From positions 853 through 64,852 of IMG/VR virus record IMGVR_UViG_2928552194_000001: a stretch of DNA of 64,000 bases, one strand, 5' to 3'. Both the position numbers and the translations under genes were made by a program. Below are positions 16,811-27,043 of this stretch, piece by piece. Each line of letters begins with the position of its first letter. Within the stretch, counting starts at the first letter, position 1. This DNA comes from a virus. Lineage: Duplodnaviria > Caudoviricetes. A model generated the notes under the pieces. It did not search any database. It saw nothing but the letters and a program-made list of their open reading frames with translations, and was not told where the DNA came from.

Positions 16811-17473
16811 TCAGGCTCCTTTGCCGAAAAGCTTGGTGATGATTGCGAGGATGACGGCCCAAAAGCCGCGCGCTGGCGCCGGCTGGCGCGCGGATGCCTG
16901 CGGCGCGGGCTCGGCCGGAGGGGATTGACGATCCACGCCATACCCTTCCGCCAGCAGAAGCGCGTTGAAGGCCTTGGCGTAGCCAGCAATGAGATCGGCC
17001 CGATCCGTACCGTTCACGATCCGGCGCGCCCACGTGTAATCGCTCCTGGTCAGGGTGATGTAGTCGGACAGCTTCTTGCCGGTGAACCAGCCGTCGCGCA
17101 TGCCCAGCACAAGGATTTCGGCGGCAATGGCCGGCTCCAGTGCCTTCGACGGGTTGCCGACCAGATCGATGCCCAGCTTCTGCCCTGCCTTCCGGTAATT
17201 CTCCTCATGGGTAAGCTGGACATATCCCCGGCCGAAGAACCCGCCGGACCAGTAGTTGCGCGTCACCCACTTCATCTTTCCGGCCTTCCACGCCTTGGTG
17301 AGCAGTTCCTTGGCTTTGGCGTCGGAACTCGCCAGCGTCTCGCGCACCGGTTTCATGGTGCCGGCCGTCTCGTGATAGGCCGTGGCCAGCACGTAGGCGC
17401 ACTGGTTGCGCAGCAGGCCATGTTTCGTGCAGACGGCAATAATCAGCCGCCCGTCGCCGTGCGACAGGTCCAT
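16811..17473 (-). CDS. Endolysin, glycoside hydrolase family 19
   Basis: AYVLATAYHET, FFGRGYVQLTHEENY and ARRIVNG motifs. Confidence 0.9.
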   Translation of the reverse strand: MDLSHGDGRLIIAVCTKHGLLRNQCAYVLATAYHETAGTMKPVRETLASSDAKAKELLTKAWKAGKMKWVTRNYWSGGFFGRGYVQLTHEENYRKAGQKLGIDLVGNPSKALEPAIAAEILVLGMRDGWFTGKKLSDYITLTRSDYTWARRIVNGTDRADLIAGYAKAFNALLLAEGYGVDRQSPPAEPAPQASARQPAPARGFWAVILAIITKLFGKGA

Positions 17474-17640
17474 GTCAGTTCCTTTCAGATTGTCAGATGA
17501 GAGCGATCAGGATAGATGGCCGGGCGGCTTCAACCCCAGGAGCCGCCGGGTCGGCGCGCTATCCGACAGGATCGAGACGGCTCGCCAGCCCGCGCCAGCT
17601 ATGCTATTCGTCAGATCTAAAACCCGCAGCGGGGCACGAG

Positions 17641-17841
17641 ATGATCAAGCGCATCCAAATCGCTCTACACCGAGCGATCTGCTTCCTTTACGGACAATCG
17701 CCAAACGATTGGCATGAGATTCGCTCATCCAAGAACGGACCCGTCATGCGGCGGATTTCCAGAGATGGCCTCGACTGGGAATACCGCCCCATGACGGAAG
17801 AAGAAACGCGGGACTTCCTGACGGACTGGGCCATTAAATAG
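17641..17841 (+). CDS. Hypothetical moron protein
   Basis: 66-aa ORF opposite to the late operon. Confidence 0.55.
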   Translation: MIKRIQIALHRAICFLYGQSPNDWHEIRSSKNGPVMRRISRDGLDWEYRPMTEEETRDFLTDWAIK

Positions 17842-17865
17842 TTGATGGGAAGAAGGTCCTCACAC

Positions 17866-18219
17866 ATGATGCGCGTCGAGGTGACTTATCGGGGATATTG
17901 CGGAGTAGCAAATCACGACGCTGAGAGCGGCCGGATACTCATAGAAGACACTCAAGACATCGACGACCTGTCCTGCTCCGGCGCGAATTACGAAGAAGCC
18001 TTCGCTCGCTTTTGTGAGCGTGTTGATAAGTGGTACGATGCCGGCGTCCCATCATCAGATTGGGTGCCGCGCTTTGCATGGCTACCCAAACCCCTTTCAG
18101 ACGGAGGCTATGCTTTTCTCGAAAAATACTGGGAGATAAAGACGGAAGCGGGTATTGCTCGACGCATTTTTCAAAGCAGGCACGACGCATACACCCACTA
18201 TACCGAATCCCCAATGTGA
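17866..18219 (+). CDS. HicB-like N-terminal domain protein (moron)
   Basis: TYRGYCG...DAESG...DDLSCSGANYEEAFARFCERVD resembles the HicB partial RNase H fold. Confidence 0.5.
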   Translation: MMRVEVTYRGYCGVANHDAESGRILIEDTQDIDDLSCSGANYEEAFARFCERVDKWYDAGVPSSDWVPRFAWLPKPLSDGGYAFLEKYWEIKTEAGIARRIFQSRHDAYTHYTESPM

Positions 18220-20127
18220 CTACGCGCCTTCGATCGCCCGGATGACGTTTTCGGCGATCATGCTGTGCCCCAAGTCGTTCGGGTGTAGACCGTCAGTGGT
18301 GTACTCCTCGAAATCCATCCCGCGAAAGATCGCATAGTTGTCGATGACGTCCACGTCCCGCTCCCGTCCGACCTGATAGATCACGTTGCGCACCTCCTGC
18401 TGGGTAAAGCTGTAGGTTGCGGGATCTTCGTTTTCGACCGGGTTGGATATCATGAGGATGACCTCCTTGCTGTCGAGGGCAGCGTTATCGAGCAGCGCGT
18501 TCAGGTTCTCATAGAATTGATTGACCCCGTTCGGCCGAACTCCCCGCCCACGGTCATTGACGCCAAGCTGGATGAACACAAAGCGGTCGCTGGCGGGGAC
18601 AGCCACCCCATGGCCGTTCGGGTTCCCTGCCATGTTGTTGGCCAGATAGGAGACAGTCGTTGCACCGTTGATGCCTTGATTTCGAACGGACAGTCGACGC
18701 GGGATGCGCAGGGCGGTGACATTTAGGTATCGGTTTCCAGACAGGCCGTTCCGCTTTGTCCTGATCTTCACGACGCCATCATGGACCATCGCCGGTAGCG
18801 TGATCGGGATTTGCTGGTCGAAGTTCCCCGCATCGACGACGAGGCCGTTGTTGCCCTCCTGCGCGTTGACCGTCTGCACCACCACGTCATTGACCAGCAC
18901 GTCGAAAAACATCGAGAGGTCGGCCTGAGTGATCCGAACCGAAAGAGTGAACATCGACCCGGTGAAGGGGAAGGCAATCTGGTGTCCGTAGTCCTGCCCT
19001 GGAATGTTGTGCGGCAACCCCAGCACCATGTAAGTGGGCGAGCGGGAATCCTGCTGGTTGGAAATTGGCGCGGTCGCTCCGAGATTGGAGACGGTGAATT
19101 TGCCATATCGTGGATAGACGGCGCTGATCTTCTGGTAGAGCGCATCACTTTGACCGCTCGGGGATGCCGGCCAGTTTCCGATGCTCTCGGATGAGCCCGG
19201 TCCGCTCCGATACGTCTCTTGAAGATATCTCTTGAGGAGATTTACAAAGTTCGGAGAGTCATAATTGGCTCGAGGGTCAGCCAGTGTGCCGTCACGAGGC
19301 GTTGAGGTTCCGGGATTTGACGCGCCAGATCCCCATGTGATGCTATCACCGATGGCCACGATACCCACATATTGGGTAAGCGGATCAGAGACAGCCTCCT
19401 TGAGCCTGCGCAGGGCGCGACCGGGTATCGCAACCTCTATTCCGGAGGCCAATGTCTGTGTGCCGCGCCGGGCGGTCTCGATTTCATCCGTGCTTGCCGT
19501 GACGGCATCTTCAAGGTCGGAAACCGCCCCGGCGAGCCCTTCCGGGTCACCACTCGTTTGCACAAACAACAAGTCGGTAGTTCCCACCACAATCGGCTCT
19601 TTCGTGGCCAGCCCGAAGGCAAGCCCCCCATTCACGGCGCCGCCGGTCACATAGACCATTGCCCCCAGCAACTCGGCCTCGGTGTCGGCATCCGTTGCGC
19701 GCGTCCATGCGCCCGACGAGTTGGTGACATAGATGCCGTTCTGCGCAGCGTTCGTCTGGTTCATAACCAGCCCGCGCTGGCCGTTTCCCGTACCGACGCC
19801 ATCGATGGTCTGCGAGCCGCTAAGTGTGATGTTGCCGGTCGTGGCAAAGGTGACAGGCTCTTTCCGCTGCGCCCCCTGGACTGCATCTATCCGGGCCGAA
19901 AGCGCAGCATCGGCGGCCTCCAGATCGGAAACGGCCTGCTCGCGCGCCTCCCGCTCCGCTTCAACCTTGGCATCGACGTTGCCCGTACCGTCCCCGATGG
20001 CCTGCTCGATCATCTGGCCAATCGGTCGGATTTCCGATTTCGCGGGATTATTCTTCCCGCTGGCCGGCACGCCATCGGTGACGAAATCCCGGAATGCGTG
20101 CCGGAAGGCATCAGCTATCTGCCCCAT
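18220..20127 (-). CDS. Tail fibre/tailspike with SGNH (GDSL) esterase domain
   Basis: N-terminal anchor, TIDGV/QNGIYV/WTRATDAD fibre segment, then GDSITWG, NQGING, GVND and DGLHPN blocks; GGAG SD before ATG 20127. Confidence 0.85.
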   Translation of the reverse strand: MGQIADAFRHAFRDFVTDGVPASGKNNPAKSEIRPIGQMIEQAIGDGTGNVDAKVEAEREAREQAVSDLEAADAALSARIDAVQGAQRKEPVTFATTGNITLSGSQTIDGVGTGNGQRGLVMNQTNAAQNGIYVTNSSGAWTRATDADTEAELLGAMVYVTGGAVNGGLAFGLATKEPIVVGTTDLLFVQTSGDPEGLAGAVSDLEDAVTASTDEIETARRGTQTLASGIEVAIPGRALRRLKEAVSDPLTQYVGIVAIGDSITWGSGASNPGTSTPRDGTLADPRANYDSPNFVNLLKRYLQETYRSGPGSSESIGNWPASPSGQSDALYQKISAVYPRYGKFTVSNLGATAPISNQQDSRSPTYMVLGLPHNIPGQDYGHQIAFPFTGSMFTLSVRITQADLSMFFDVLVNDVVVQTVNAQEGNNGLVVDAGNFDQQIPITLPAMVHDGVVKIRTKRNGLSGNRYLNVTALRIPRRLSVRNQGINGATTVSYLANNMAGNPNGHGVAVPASDRFVFIQLGVNDRGRGVRPNGVNQFYENLNALLDNAALDSKEVILMISNPVENEDPATYSFTQQEVRNVIYQVGRERDVDVIDNYAIFRGMDFEEYTTDGLHPNDLGHSMIAENVIRAIEGA

Positions 20128-20189
20128 GCTGTTCTCCATGCGTAATCGCCCCCCCAAGGCAGGGGCTGAATGTCAGGTTGTCGGATTGG

Positions 20190-22349
20190 TCAGGTGACGA
20201 TGATGGAGCCGGTCGGAACGGCGCTAGCAGGCACGCCGCTCTGGTTCGCCGCAACCAGCCAGTAGTAGTAGGTGCCAGCCGAAAGGCCGCTGTCTTGCCA
20301 ACTGTCCGCGGCGCTTGGCGCGCCGTACTCGGTAACCACCAACGCAGCCGACCCAAGGTCATTGACCGTGTTGCGATAGATGATGGTGGCGAAATAGTTC
20401 GGGCTGTTGGGCGCGGTCCAATCGATATCAACCACGCCGGCGCCGCCAACAGCATTGACGCCAGTGACCACGCCCGGCGGCACCGGATCGACACGAGCGG
20501 TTACGGCAATGGGCGGTTCAGGCCGCCACTCCGATGCCTTGCCGGAATTGGTCATCGCCCGGGCCTGGACATGGTAGGTCTGATTATCGAGCAAGCCGAG
20601 GATGTTTTGGTGGCTCTGGCCCACCGGAGCGTTGAGCGTGGTCCATTCACCCGGCGGCGAAGCAACACGATAGCGCACCTGATGCAGCAGGCTGTCACGG
20701 GGTGGCGCTGCCCATTCGACACGGATCGCGACAGATCCTGCATAAGGCTGGCTGACCGCCGTCACACCGGTTGGAACCGGAACCTCCGATGAGATCTCGA
20801 TCGAGGTCCGCTTCGGCTTTTCTGGTTCTTCCGCGGCCGAATTGAACGCGAAGTCTGAAGCCTGCACCGAATGCGCCTCGATCGACCAGGTGATGCCGTC
20901 CTCGTTGCGCTTCAACTTGTCGACTTCAAAAACCTGATCGAGGTTACCGAACTCGGCATGACGTAGGCGGAAGAAGCGCTTACCGATCAGGCGAATGCCG
21001 TGATATTTGAGCGTGGCGCTGATCTTGTACTTGGCGCGGGAGACCAGAAGCAGGCGCTTAGAAACCCGAACAGCCTGATTGTGGTTCGGCGTCCAGTAGA
21101 CGCGAAGGCTGTCTTCCTCGTAGGGTTCGTCCGGAACTTCGAGCACGTAAGGTGCACTTGCCGCCTCACGGTAGCCGATCTCGGGTTCCGTGTATTCGAC
21201 CGAGAACGCATTGGCGATGTCAGTGCCGGCCTGCCCTTCCGTGTATTGGATCGACAAAATATCATCATCTGTGATCTCGACATCGGGCTGAATAAAGCGG
21301 CCGACATTGAAGCCGACAATGCCGTTGGTGTCCTCGTAGAAGAAGGCATCGCAGGCAACGCCCATCGACGCGCGCACTGTGTCACGGTCATCTGCTGATG
21401 AATACACGCCGGAAAGCTGCCATCGGGGGACAGGATTGCCGTTGCGATCAATGATAATCTCGTCCGATACATCCGCCTCAATGGCGACCTGATTCCAGTC
21501 GACCTCCCGGTCGAGGCCATCTTTCGAGGTGATCCAGTCCGCGATGATCAGCGCGGCATTGGTGGTCCATTTCGTCTGCTGGTCGCGCGGATCATAGCAT
21601 AGATACCCCTCGACAACGGGCGCGATGACCGGTTCGCGACCACCGGGATAGACTTTTGAGAAGTCTTCAGCCTTAACCGTTTCCGCCACGGCAACGACAT
21701 GGGCCAGCCCCGCCATGTCATGGGCTGCGGTCCACTGCGGGAAATTATCTGCCAGGAGGGCCGGAGCGATCTGTCCCGCCGCACCGAGAAAGGCAGCAAC
21801 CCGCAACCTTGACCGGCCGTCAGATTGGAACCGCGCCTGCTGTGCGAGACCATTACCGTCGACAGTGAATTCCGTCTCGTCGGCAAACCACTGCCTGATC
21901 CCGTTGATCTGTCGGGCAGCCAGGATCACGTCATAGTAGCGTTTGCCGTCCTTGGCCTGCCAGAAATTGACCGGGCCTCCTTTCCTGACCAGCCCATAGG
22001 CATGTTCGAAAAAGCTGATCGGCTGGCGCATATTGACCATGCGCGCACCCGGATTGGGCGGCGCATCAGGCCGCGGTCGCAGCAATGTCGCAAGAGCCGA
22101 AATACCGACAGACAAGGCAGCATTGAGCAGCAAGCCACCCAATGCCGAGCCCGCGAATGCCCAACCGGCCGCGAATGCTCCGGCTGAAAATCCACCGAAG
22201 GCGCCCGCAATAGCACCACCAATGGCCGGAGCGCCCAACGCCGTGATGATGCCACCGATAAATCCGACGACTGGCGGCATGGCATACGCCGGCGACGGAT
22301 AGAGTGCCGTCGTGCCGAGCAGGAAGGCGGCGTAGAGCGTCTTACGCAC
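20190..22349 (-). CDS. Tail tip/central fibre protein (J-like) with fibronectin III domains
   Basis: YGLVRKGG and GYLCYDPR motifs; C-terminal FN3-like repeats; position in tail module. Confidence 0.82.
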   Translation of the reverse strand: MRKTLYAAFLLGTTALYPSPAYAMPPVVGFIGGIITALGAPAIGGAIAGAFGGFSAGAFAAGWAFAGSALGGLLLNAALSVGISALATLLRPRPDAPPNPGARMVNMRQPISFFEHAYGLVRKGGPVNFWQAKDGKRYYDVILAARQINGIRQWFADETEFTVDGNGLAQQARFQSDGRSRLRVAAFLGAAGQIAPALLADNFPQWTAAHDMAGLAHVVAVAETVKAEDFSKVYPGGREPVIAPVVEGYLCYDPRDQQTKWTTNAALIIADWITSKDGLDREVDWNQVAIEADVSDEIIIDRNGNPVPRWQLSGVYSSADDRDTVRASMGVACDAFFYEDTNGIVGFNVGRFIQPDVEITDDDILSIQYTEGQAGTDIANAFSVEYTEPEIGYREAASAPYVLEVPDEPYEEDSLRVYWTPNHNQAVRVSKRLLLVSRAKYKISATLKYHGIRLIGKRFFRLRHAEFGNLDQVFEVDKLKRNEDGITWSIEAHSVQASDFAFNSAAEEPEKPKRTSIEISSEVPVPTGVTAVSQPYAGSVAIRVEWAAPPRDSLLHQVRYRVASPPGEWTTLNAPVGQSHQNILGLLDNQTYHVQARAMTNSGKASEWRPEPPIAVTARVDPVPPGVVTGVNAVGGAGVVDIDWTAPNSPNYFATIIYRNTVNDLGSAALVVTEYGAPSAADSWQDSGLSAGTYYYWLVAANQSGVPASAVPTGSIIVT

Positions 22350-22749
22350 GGTCGACCTTCCACGCTGCTAGGATTTCGAGTGGCTTGCAAATGACCACGG
22401 TGTACTCGCCTTTGAGCGCCCAATTTTTGCCGAGGCAGACCGCGCCCATAAGTTTGATGCCGTCCTGGTCGCGGATGCGCACCACGCCGACATCGCCGCG
22501 GTCGGGATCGTCGGTTTTGGGGAGGCCCACGGACGCAGCTGCCTCGCCCATCACGCCGACCGGGTTTTGCAGAAACCCGCTGACGCGCTGACAGGAGAGC
22601 GCGCTGTCATACTGACTACGCCATTTGGCGGCAGCATCGGGAAAGCCGAGCGCAATGAGGTAGTCAGCCAGCACAAGCATGCAGTCCGATTTTCCCCACA
22701 CGAAAGGCTCCGCCATCCACCGGTGAAGATGGGCGTAGAGGATGTCCAT
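22342..22749 (-). CDS. DUF6950/NlpC-like tail assembly protein
   Basis: PFVWGKSDCMLVLAD and RGDVGVV motifs. Confidence 0.75.
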   Translation of the reverse strand: MDILYAHLHRWMAEPFVWGKSDCMLVLADYLIALGFPDAAAKWRSQYDSALSCQRVSGFLQNPVGVMGEAAASVGLPKTDDPDRGDVGVVRIRDQDGIKLMGAVCLGKNWALKGEYTVVICKPLEILAAWKVDRA

Positions 22750-22761
22750 GATGCTGTTTGC

Positions 22762-23376
22762 CTAGAGTCCGAACAGACTTTGCTCGTCCACACCGTGGAC
22801 CGGCATGTATTCCAACGACGGGTTTATAACGCCGGAAGGCAGCCCCAGCCGCCGCGAATGATCCGCCGTATTATAGCGGCCGCCGACCGGCTTCGCGCGC
22901 AGATTGAACGGCCCTTCCACCTGCAGCGATATCCGCCTGATCTGCGGGCCCTCGAACGAATAGCCGAGGTTCACCATCTTCCGTTTCGTCAGAAGCTGCG
23001 GCTGGTAGACGGGACGGAAGAACTCGCTGGTCGCTTCCAGGTACTGGATAAGGAACCGGGCTTCCCGATCCTTGATGACGTCATTCCCAAGCGCCCGGAC
23101 CTCGGAGATTAGATCAGGTTCGTCAGGATCCTGAATGAAGGTCAGCCCCAGCTCGATGCCCGGCGCCGATCCATTGATGGAGAACTCGACCTCAGAGCAG
23201 CTTATCAGGCGCGAACCGACCCAAACGTTTCCGGACAGATCCTTGAACCAGCCGTCATCGCCCAGCAGGAACCGAAAAACGCCGACGGTGGTGTCCAGTT
23301 CGATCAGGTTGATGATGCCGACGTTCTCCGATCGAAAATCGTACTCGGACGGCATCGTCATGGTCGAGACGTCCAT
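22762..23376 (-). CDS. Minor tail (hub-like) protein
   Basis: Synteny between distal tail and NlpC-like genes; RYNTADH motif. Confidence 0.65.
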   Translation of the reverse strand: MDVSTMTMPSEYDFRSENVGIINLIELDTTVGVFRFLLGDDGWFKDLSGNVWVGSRLISCSEVEFSINGSAPGIELGLTFIQDPDEPDLISEVRALGNDVIKDREARFLIQYLEATSEFFRPVYQPQLLTKRKMVNLGYSFEGPQIRRISLQVEGPFNLRAKPVGGRYNTADHSRRLGLPSGVINPSLEYMPVHGVDEQSLFGL

Positions 23377-24047
23377 TCGAGCAGTTTCACGGAAGCCGTG
23401 ATGAGCCGGCCTCGCTCCAACGGCATCCGGCCCTCCAGATCGGTTTCAAACACCATGAGCGCGGTTGCTTGAAGCGTGATCTCGTGTCCCTGCTGAATGT
23501 CACGGCGCAAGGGCGGTTCAAAAGCAAAGGTCGTTGCCCCACCCTCACCTTCCCACATGCCGGTGACCCGATAGGGCCAGTCGTCGTGCGAGAACCACAT
23601 GCCCGGCTCCAGCACATGATTCACCGACGAGGTATCCACGGTCATTTCCTCGGCACCCGCTTCTAGGAGCGACGGCATCACGACGGTCGGCTCCTGCGCA
23701 TAGTAGGTGCCATCAGAAAACGGGCTTTGATCGCTGTGCGGGATATGGCTCATCGACCATTCATCGAGACCTGGAATGCCCAGATCGACGGGGCACAGAT
23801 CAATGAGGGGCACGCGCAGCACATTGATCCGGCCGCGCATGCTGCTCTGGATTGCGCTCCATGTCCGAAGTCCTTCGCATCCTATGGCCGCAAGATCGAT
23901 GGTCGTTTCCCACCTGGGTTGCGCGCCGTAGGCCACCTGGCCGGTGCCGGTAACACCGTCCCCGGCAGACTTGCCACGGACGTTGATGATCCAGTCGTTC
24001 GTGATCTGGCCAAACGAACGCGGGAGATCGATGATTTTTCGCTTCAT
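23358..24047 (-). CDS. Distal tail protein
   Basis: Directly after the TMP; GRINVLRVP and FEPPLR motifs. Confidence 0.65.
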   Translation of the reverse strand: MKRKIIDLPRSFGQITNDWIINVRGKSAGDGVTGTGQVAYGAQPRWETTIDLAAIGCEGLRTWSAIQSSMRGRINVLRVPLIDLCPVDLGIPGLDEWSMSHIPHSDQSPFSDGTYYAQEPTVVMPSLLEAGAEEMTVDTSSVNHVLEPGMWFSHDDWPYRVTGMWEGEGGATTFAFEPPLRRDIQQGHEITLQATALMVFETDLEGRMPLERGRLITASVKLLEWTSRP

Positions 24048-26092
24048 CAGATCGTCCCGCGCTTTTGGTAGTAGCCGCTGGCCCCCGGCAATCCCTTGCG
24101 GCTCATGCTGGTGCTCTGCTTGACGGACACCTGAAGCATCGGCCCAGATGCCAGTTCGATTTGCTGGTCCGCGATTTCCGCCATACGCCCACTGTCATCG
24201 CGCAGGACGATCTCGATTACCTCGCGCCCCTGCGCTACGGCGGCATTGCCATGATACTGAGGGGCCGACGCGACGTAACCGCCGACATCGTAGCCGCGAA
24301 GATTGCTGTTGGCTGGGGAATGCATTCGGGAAACGAACCCGCCCGCCATGTAGCCTTTCGCCGCCCTGTGAACCTGATCGAGGTAATTCACCCCGATCCG
24401 GTCAACCGCCTTCTTGGAAAACACGTATTCCCCGGCATGAACGACACCGGCAGGCTGAGAGGCGGAGCCTGGGCCGGTATACCCGCCCTTGGCGAACCCA
24501 AACAGTTTGCCGATCCCACCAAGCAGGGAACCTAGGAAACTACCGCCGCCACCGCCGATACCGGTCGATGCGTTGTTGACCTGGAAAATCGCGTCGAGAA
24601 CGTCATTCATGAGCTTATCGGCGATCTTGTTCAGCACATTGATCGCCGCATCTCCGAACGCACGCCAGAAGCTCTTTCCCTGCTCGAGACCGGACCGAAG
24701 ATCAGAAACAAAGCCTCCAACGAGATCGCGAGCAAACTTCATCGCCGCTTCGGCTGATTTGTCGACGGTCTCTCTCAGACCTTTCCACTGATCCGTAGCG
24801 CCCTTTGCCGCATCGTTGGCGGCCCTCCCCGCCTTCCCCGACGCATCCTCGACCTTGCCAAAACTCCCGGCGAGTTCACGGACCTTGTCGGCGGCAGCGG
24901 AAGCGCCTTTCGCGACGGCGTCATAGGTGGCGCCGACATAGTCGGTGCCCATTGCCGAGCCGAACGCTCCCTTTGCCGTATCGACTGCCGCGCTTGCGGC
25001 CCCGGCATAGGGGTTTCCAAGACGGCCCAGTGAAAACTCACCGATCGTCCCGATATTGATATTGTCGCCCATCCCGAAGGGCAGCGACTTCATCGCGGAA
25101 TTGACCTTCCCGATGAATCCGTCGATCAGGCCGGCAACCTTGTTGATCATGCCTTCAACGCCGCCGATCACCGCATTTGCGGTGGATATGACGAGATCGC
25201 CAAGGGCAGCGGGCAAAGCTGACCAGGTGGCTTTGATGGCGTTGAAGCCTCCGACGAATGCACCGATTACCCAGTTCACCGCATTCTTGGCATCGGCGAC
25301 AATATCCCGGCCGAAAATCTGTGTGAGTTCGTCCCTGAAGATGTTTGCAGCCACGATCGCCGCCGTGATGCCGAGGACAAAAGCGGCGGCCGGGTTCGCG
25401 GCTGCAAAGGCGATGGCTGCAGCGCCCAACGCCCTCACGACGCCCCATATGCCAACGGCAAGCGCGCCGACCCCTGCCAGAATTGCAGGAGCGTAGATCA
25501 GAGCGAGAGCGGCGGCGGCGCCAACCGCATATGGCGCGATGACCTCCATGGCATCAGCCAGGCCATGGAGGGCTGTAACGGCGAGAGCGCCCCAGTCGAC
25601 CATCTTCGCCAATTCGGCGAGGAGAATGCCGATGCCGACCGAGATGGCATTCAAGACGATGCCGGCCAGCGCCTGTTTCACTTTCCCCAGCGCGAGCGCG
25701 AAACCTTGCGAGGCAAGAGAGGCACGTTCGGACTTGCGTCCCGCCTGATCTACGGCATTGCCGTGATTAGTGACCTTCTGTGCGGCGTCATTCGCAGCCG
25801 CGCCCTGATTGGAAATGCTCTTTGCCGCCTGATCCGCTGCCTTGGCGGAATCCTTGATTTTTATCCCAAGACGGGCCGCCGTTTCTTCGGCGGTTTCCCA
25901 CTGTATCCTGGCCTTGCCAGTCGCAGTAGTGATGTTCGCCGTTGCCTTGGCGGCTTTGTCCGACGCGCCGGCAATGCCGGCTGTCGCGTCTTCCGCCTTC
26001 TTGGCCGCCGCGGTCATTCTTGTGAGCGCAACAGTCGCCTTGTCGGCATCCTGATAATCGACGGCCAAGCCGAGATGGGCAATGTCAGTCAT
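24047..26092 (-). CDS. Tail tape measure protein
   Basis: 681 aa, Ala-rich; FAKGGYTG...AGVVHAGEYV C-terminal motif. Confidence 0.9.
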   Translation of the reverse strand: MTDIAHLGLAVDYQDADKATVALTRMTAAAKKAEDATAGIAGASDKAAKATANITTATGKARIQWETAEETAARLGIKIKDSAKAADQAAKSISNQGAAANDAAQKVTNHGNAVDQAGRKSERASLASQGFALALGKVKQALAGIVLNAISVGIGILLAELAKMVDWGALAVTALHGLADAMEVIAPYAVGAAAALALIYAPAILAGVGALAVGIWGVVRALGAAAIAFAAANPAAAFVLGITAAIVAANIFRDELTQIFGRDIVADAKNAVNWVIGAFVGGFNAIKATWSALPAALGDLVISTANAVIGGVEGMINKVAGLIDGFIGKVNSAMKSLPFGMGDNINIGTIGEFSLGRLGNPYAGAASAAVDTAKGAFGSAMGTDYVGATYDAVAKGASAAADKVRELAGSFGKVEDASGKAGRAANDAAKGATDQWKGLRETVDKSAEAAMKFARDLVGGFVSDLRSGLEQGKSFWRAFGDAAINVLNKIADKLMNDVLDAIFQVNNASTGIGGGGGSFLGSLLGGIGKLFGFAKGGYTGPGSASQPAGVVHAGEYVFSKKAVDRIGVNYLDQVHRAAKGYMAGGFVSRMHSPANSNLRGYDVGGYVASAPQYHGNAAVAQGREVIEIVLRDDSGRMAEIADQQIELASGPMLQVSVKQSTSMSRKGLPGASGYYQKRGTI

Positions 26093-26549
26093 CAGCTATT
26101 CTCCTGACACCCTGCTTGCTGGCCCGGCCCAGTCCGTCTTTCATCGCCTGTTGCCTGTCACGCTCATTCGCCTGTTCTGCCATCTTGGACAGGTAGAGGT
26201 CGTCGATGTCCTCGATGAGCTGGACATCGCCAGGATCGAGCCGCAGGCCTGTGCGGCGGATGAAGGCGTCAATCGCCTCGATTGTGATGGGACTCGGCCC
26301 ATTGACCCCTGCCGGCGTCCGACGGCGTAGTCTCACCCACGCCTGCCAGAGATAGGAAAGAGCCATAGGGAACGGCGGGCATTCCAACTCCGCTTGAAGC
26401 TGCTCGGCGATGTCCTGCCGGTTCTTGCGGATGGCCCGCTCCAGGCGCGATGTCAGGCGGTCCCGGCGGGTGCGGCCTTCTTCGTTCCGGTCGAGCTCGA
26501 ATGATCGCTCGGCGAAGGCTCGGAGGTTGTCGCCGAGCGCCCGGAAAAA
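26085..26549 (-). CDS. Tail chaperone GT-like extension (-1 frame)
   Basis: -1 frame from T TTT TCC reads FFRALGDNLRAFAERSFELD...LECPPFPMALSYLWQAW with no stop until 26085. Confidence 0.7.
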   Translation of the reverse strand, partial: FFRALGDNLRAFAERSFELDRNEEGRTRRDRLTSRLERAIRKNRQDIAEQLQAELECPPFPMALSYLWQAWVRLRRRTPAGVNGPSPITIEAIDAFIRRTGLRLDPGDVQLIEDIDDLYLSKMAEQANERDRQQAMKDGLGRASKQGVRRIADD

Positions 26550-26959
26550 GCCACCTCGTCTCCAAGGAATTCGAGCGCCTGAATGAGGAGATGTCCCTTA
26601 CGCCGATCTTTCAGAATCAGATTGGCATTCTCGACCGAGTACGGAAACGGCGTGCCATTCAGGTTGATCGGCGACCAGCCAAGAAGCCGGTCAGTCACAA
26701 GCTTGACGTTCCGATCGAGGGCTTCGTCCGGCGTCTCATCCTCAGCCTTCCACTTTTTGCCATTCACCACGGCCTGTTCCTGCGCCTTCTCCCGGCGGAG
26801 CCGCTCCTTGGCAAGGCGGTTGGATTGCTCGACGGTCTTCGGGTGGCCGGGACCAGCGAATGTCCAGGTCCACGTCGTTTCCGTGCCATCCTTCGTCTTC
26901 ACCGTCATGACGTCTTCATCGACGGTATCGAAATCGGAAAGGTCGAGTTCTTCGCTCAT
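26453..26959 (-). CDS. Tail assembly chaperone (gpG-like)
   Basis: FAGPGHPK motif; between tube and TMP; low-complexity tail after the slippery site. Confidence 0.78.
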   Translation of the reverse strand: MSEELDLSDFDTVDEDVMTVKTKDGTETTWTWTFAGPGHPKTVEQSNRLAKERLRREKAQEQAVVNGKKWKAEDETPDEALDRNVKLVTDRLLGWSPINLNGTPFPYSVENANLILKDRRKGHLLIQALEFLGDEVAFSGRSATTSEPSPSDHSSSTGTKKAAPAGTA

Positions 26960-27043
26960 AGTTTCACCTATCGGGATATGTCGGGTGTCGGGGTTGGCCC
27001 GCCCTGCCCCGACGACAGGGCGGGCCGCTCTGCGCAGAAAGGA

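Noticed and set aside
18220-22349. Diversity-generating retroelement or invertible tail-fibre switch
   Set aside because: No reverse transcriptase, invertase or template/variable repeat pair seen in the window.
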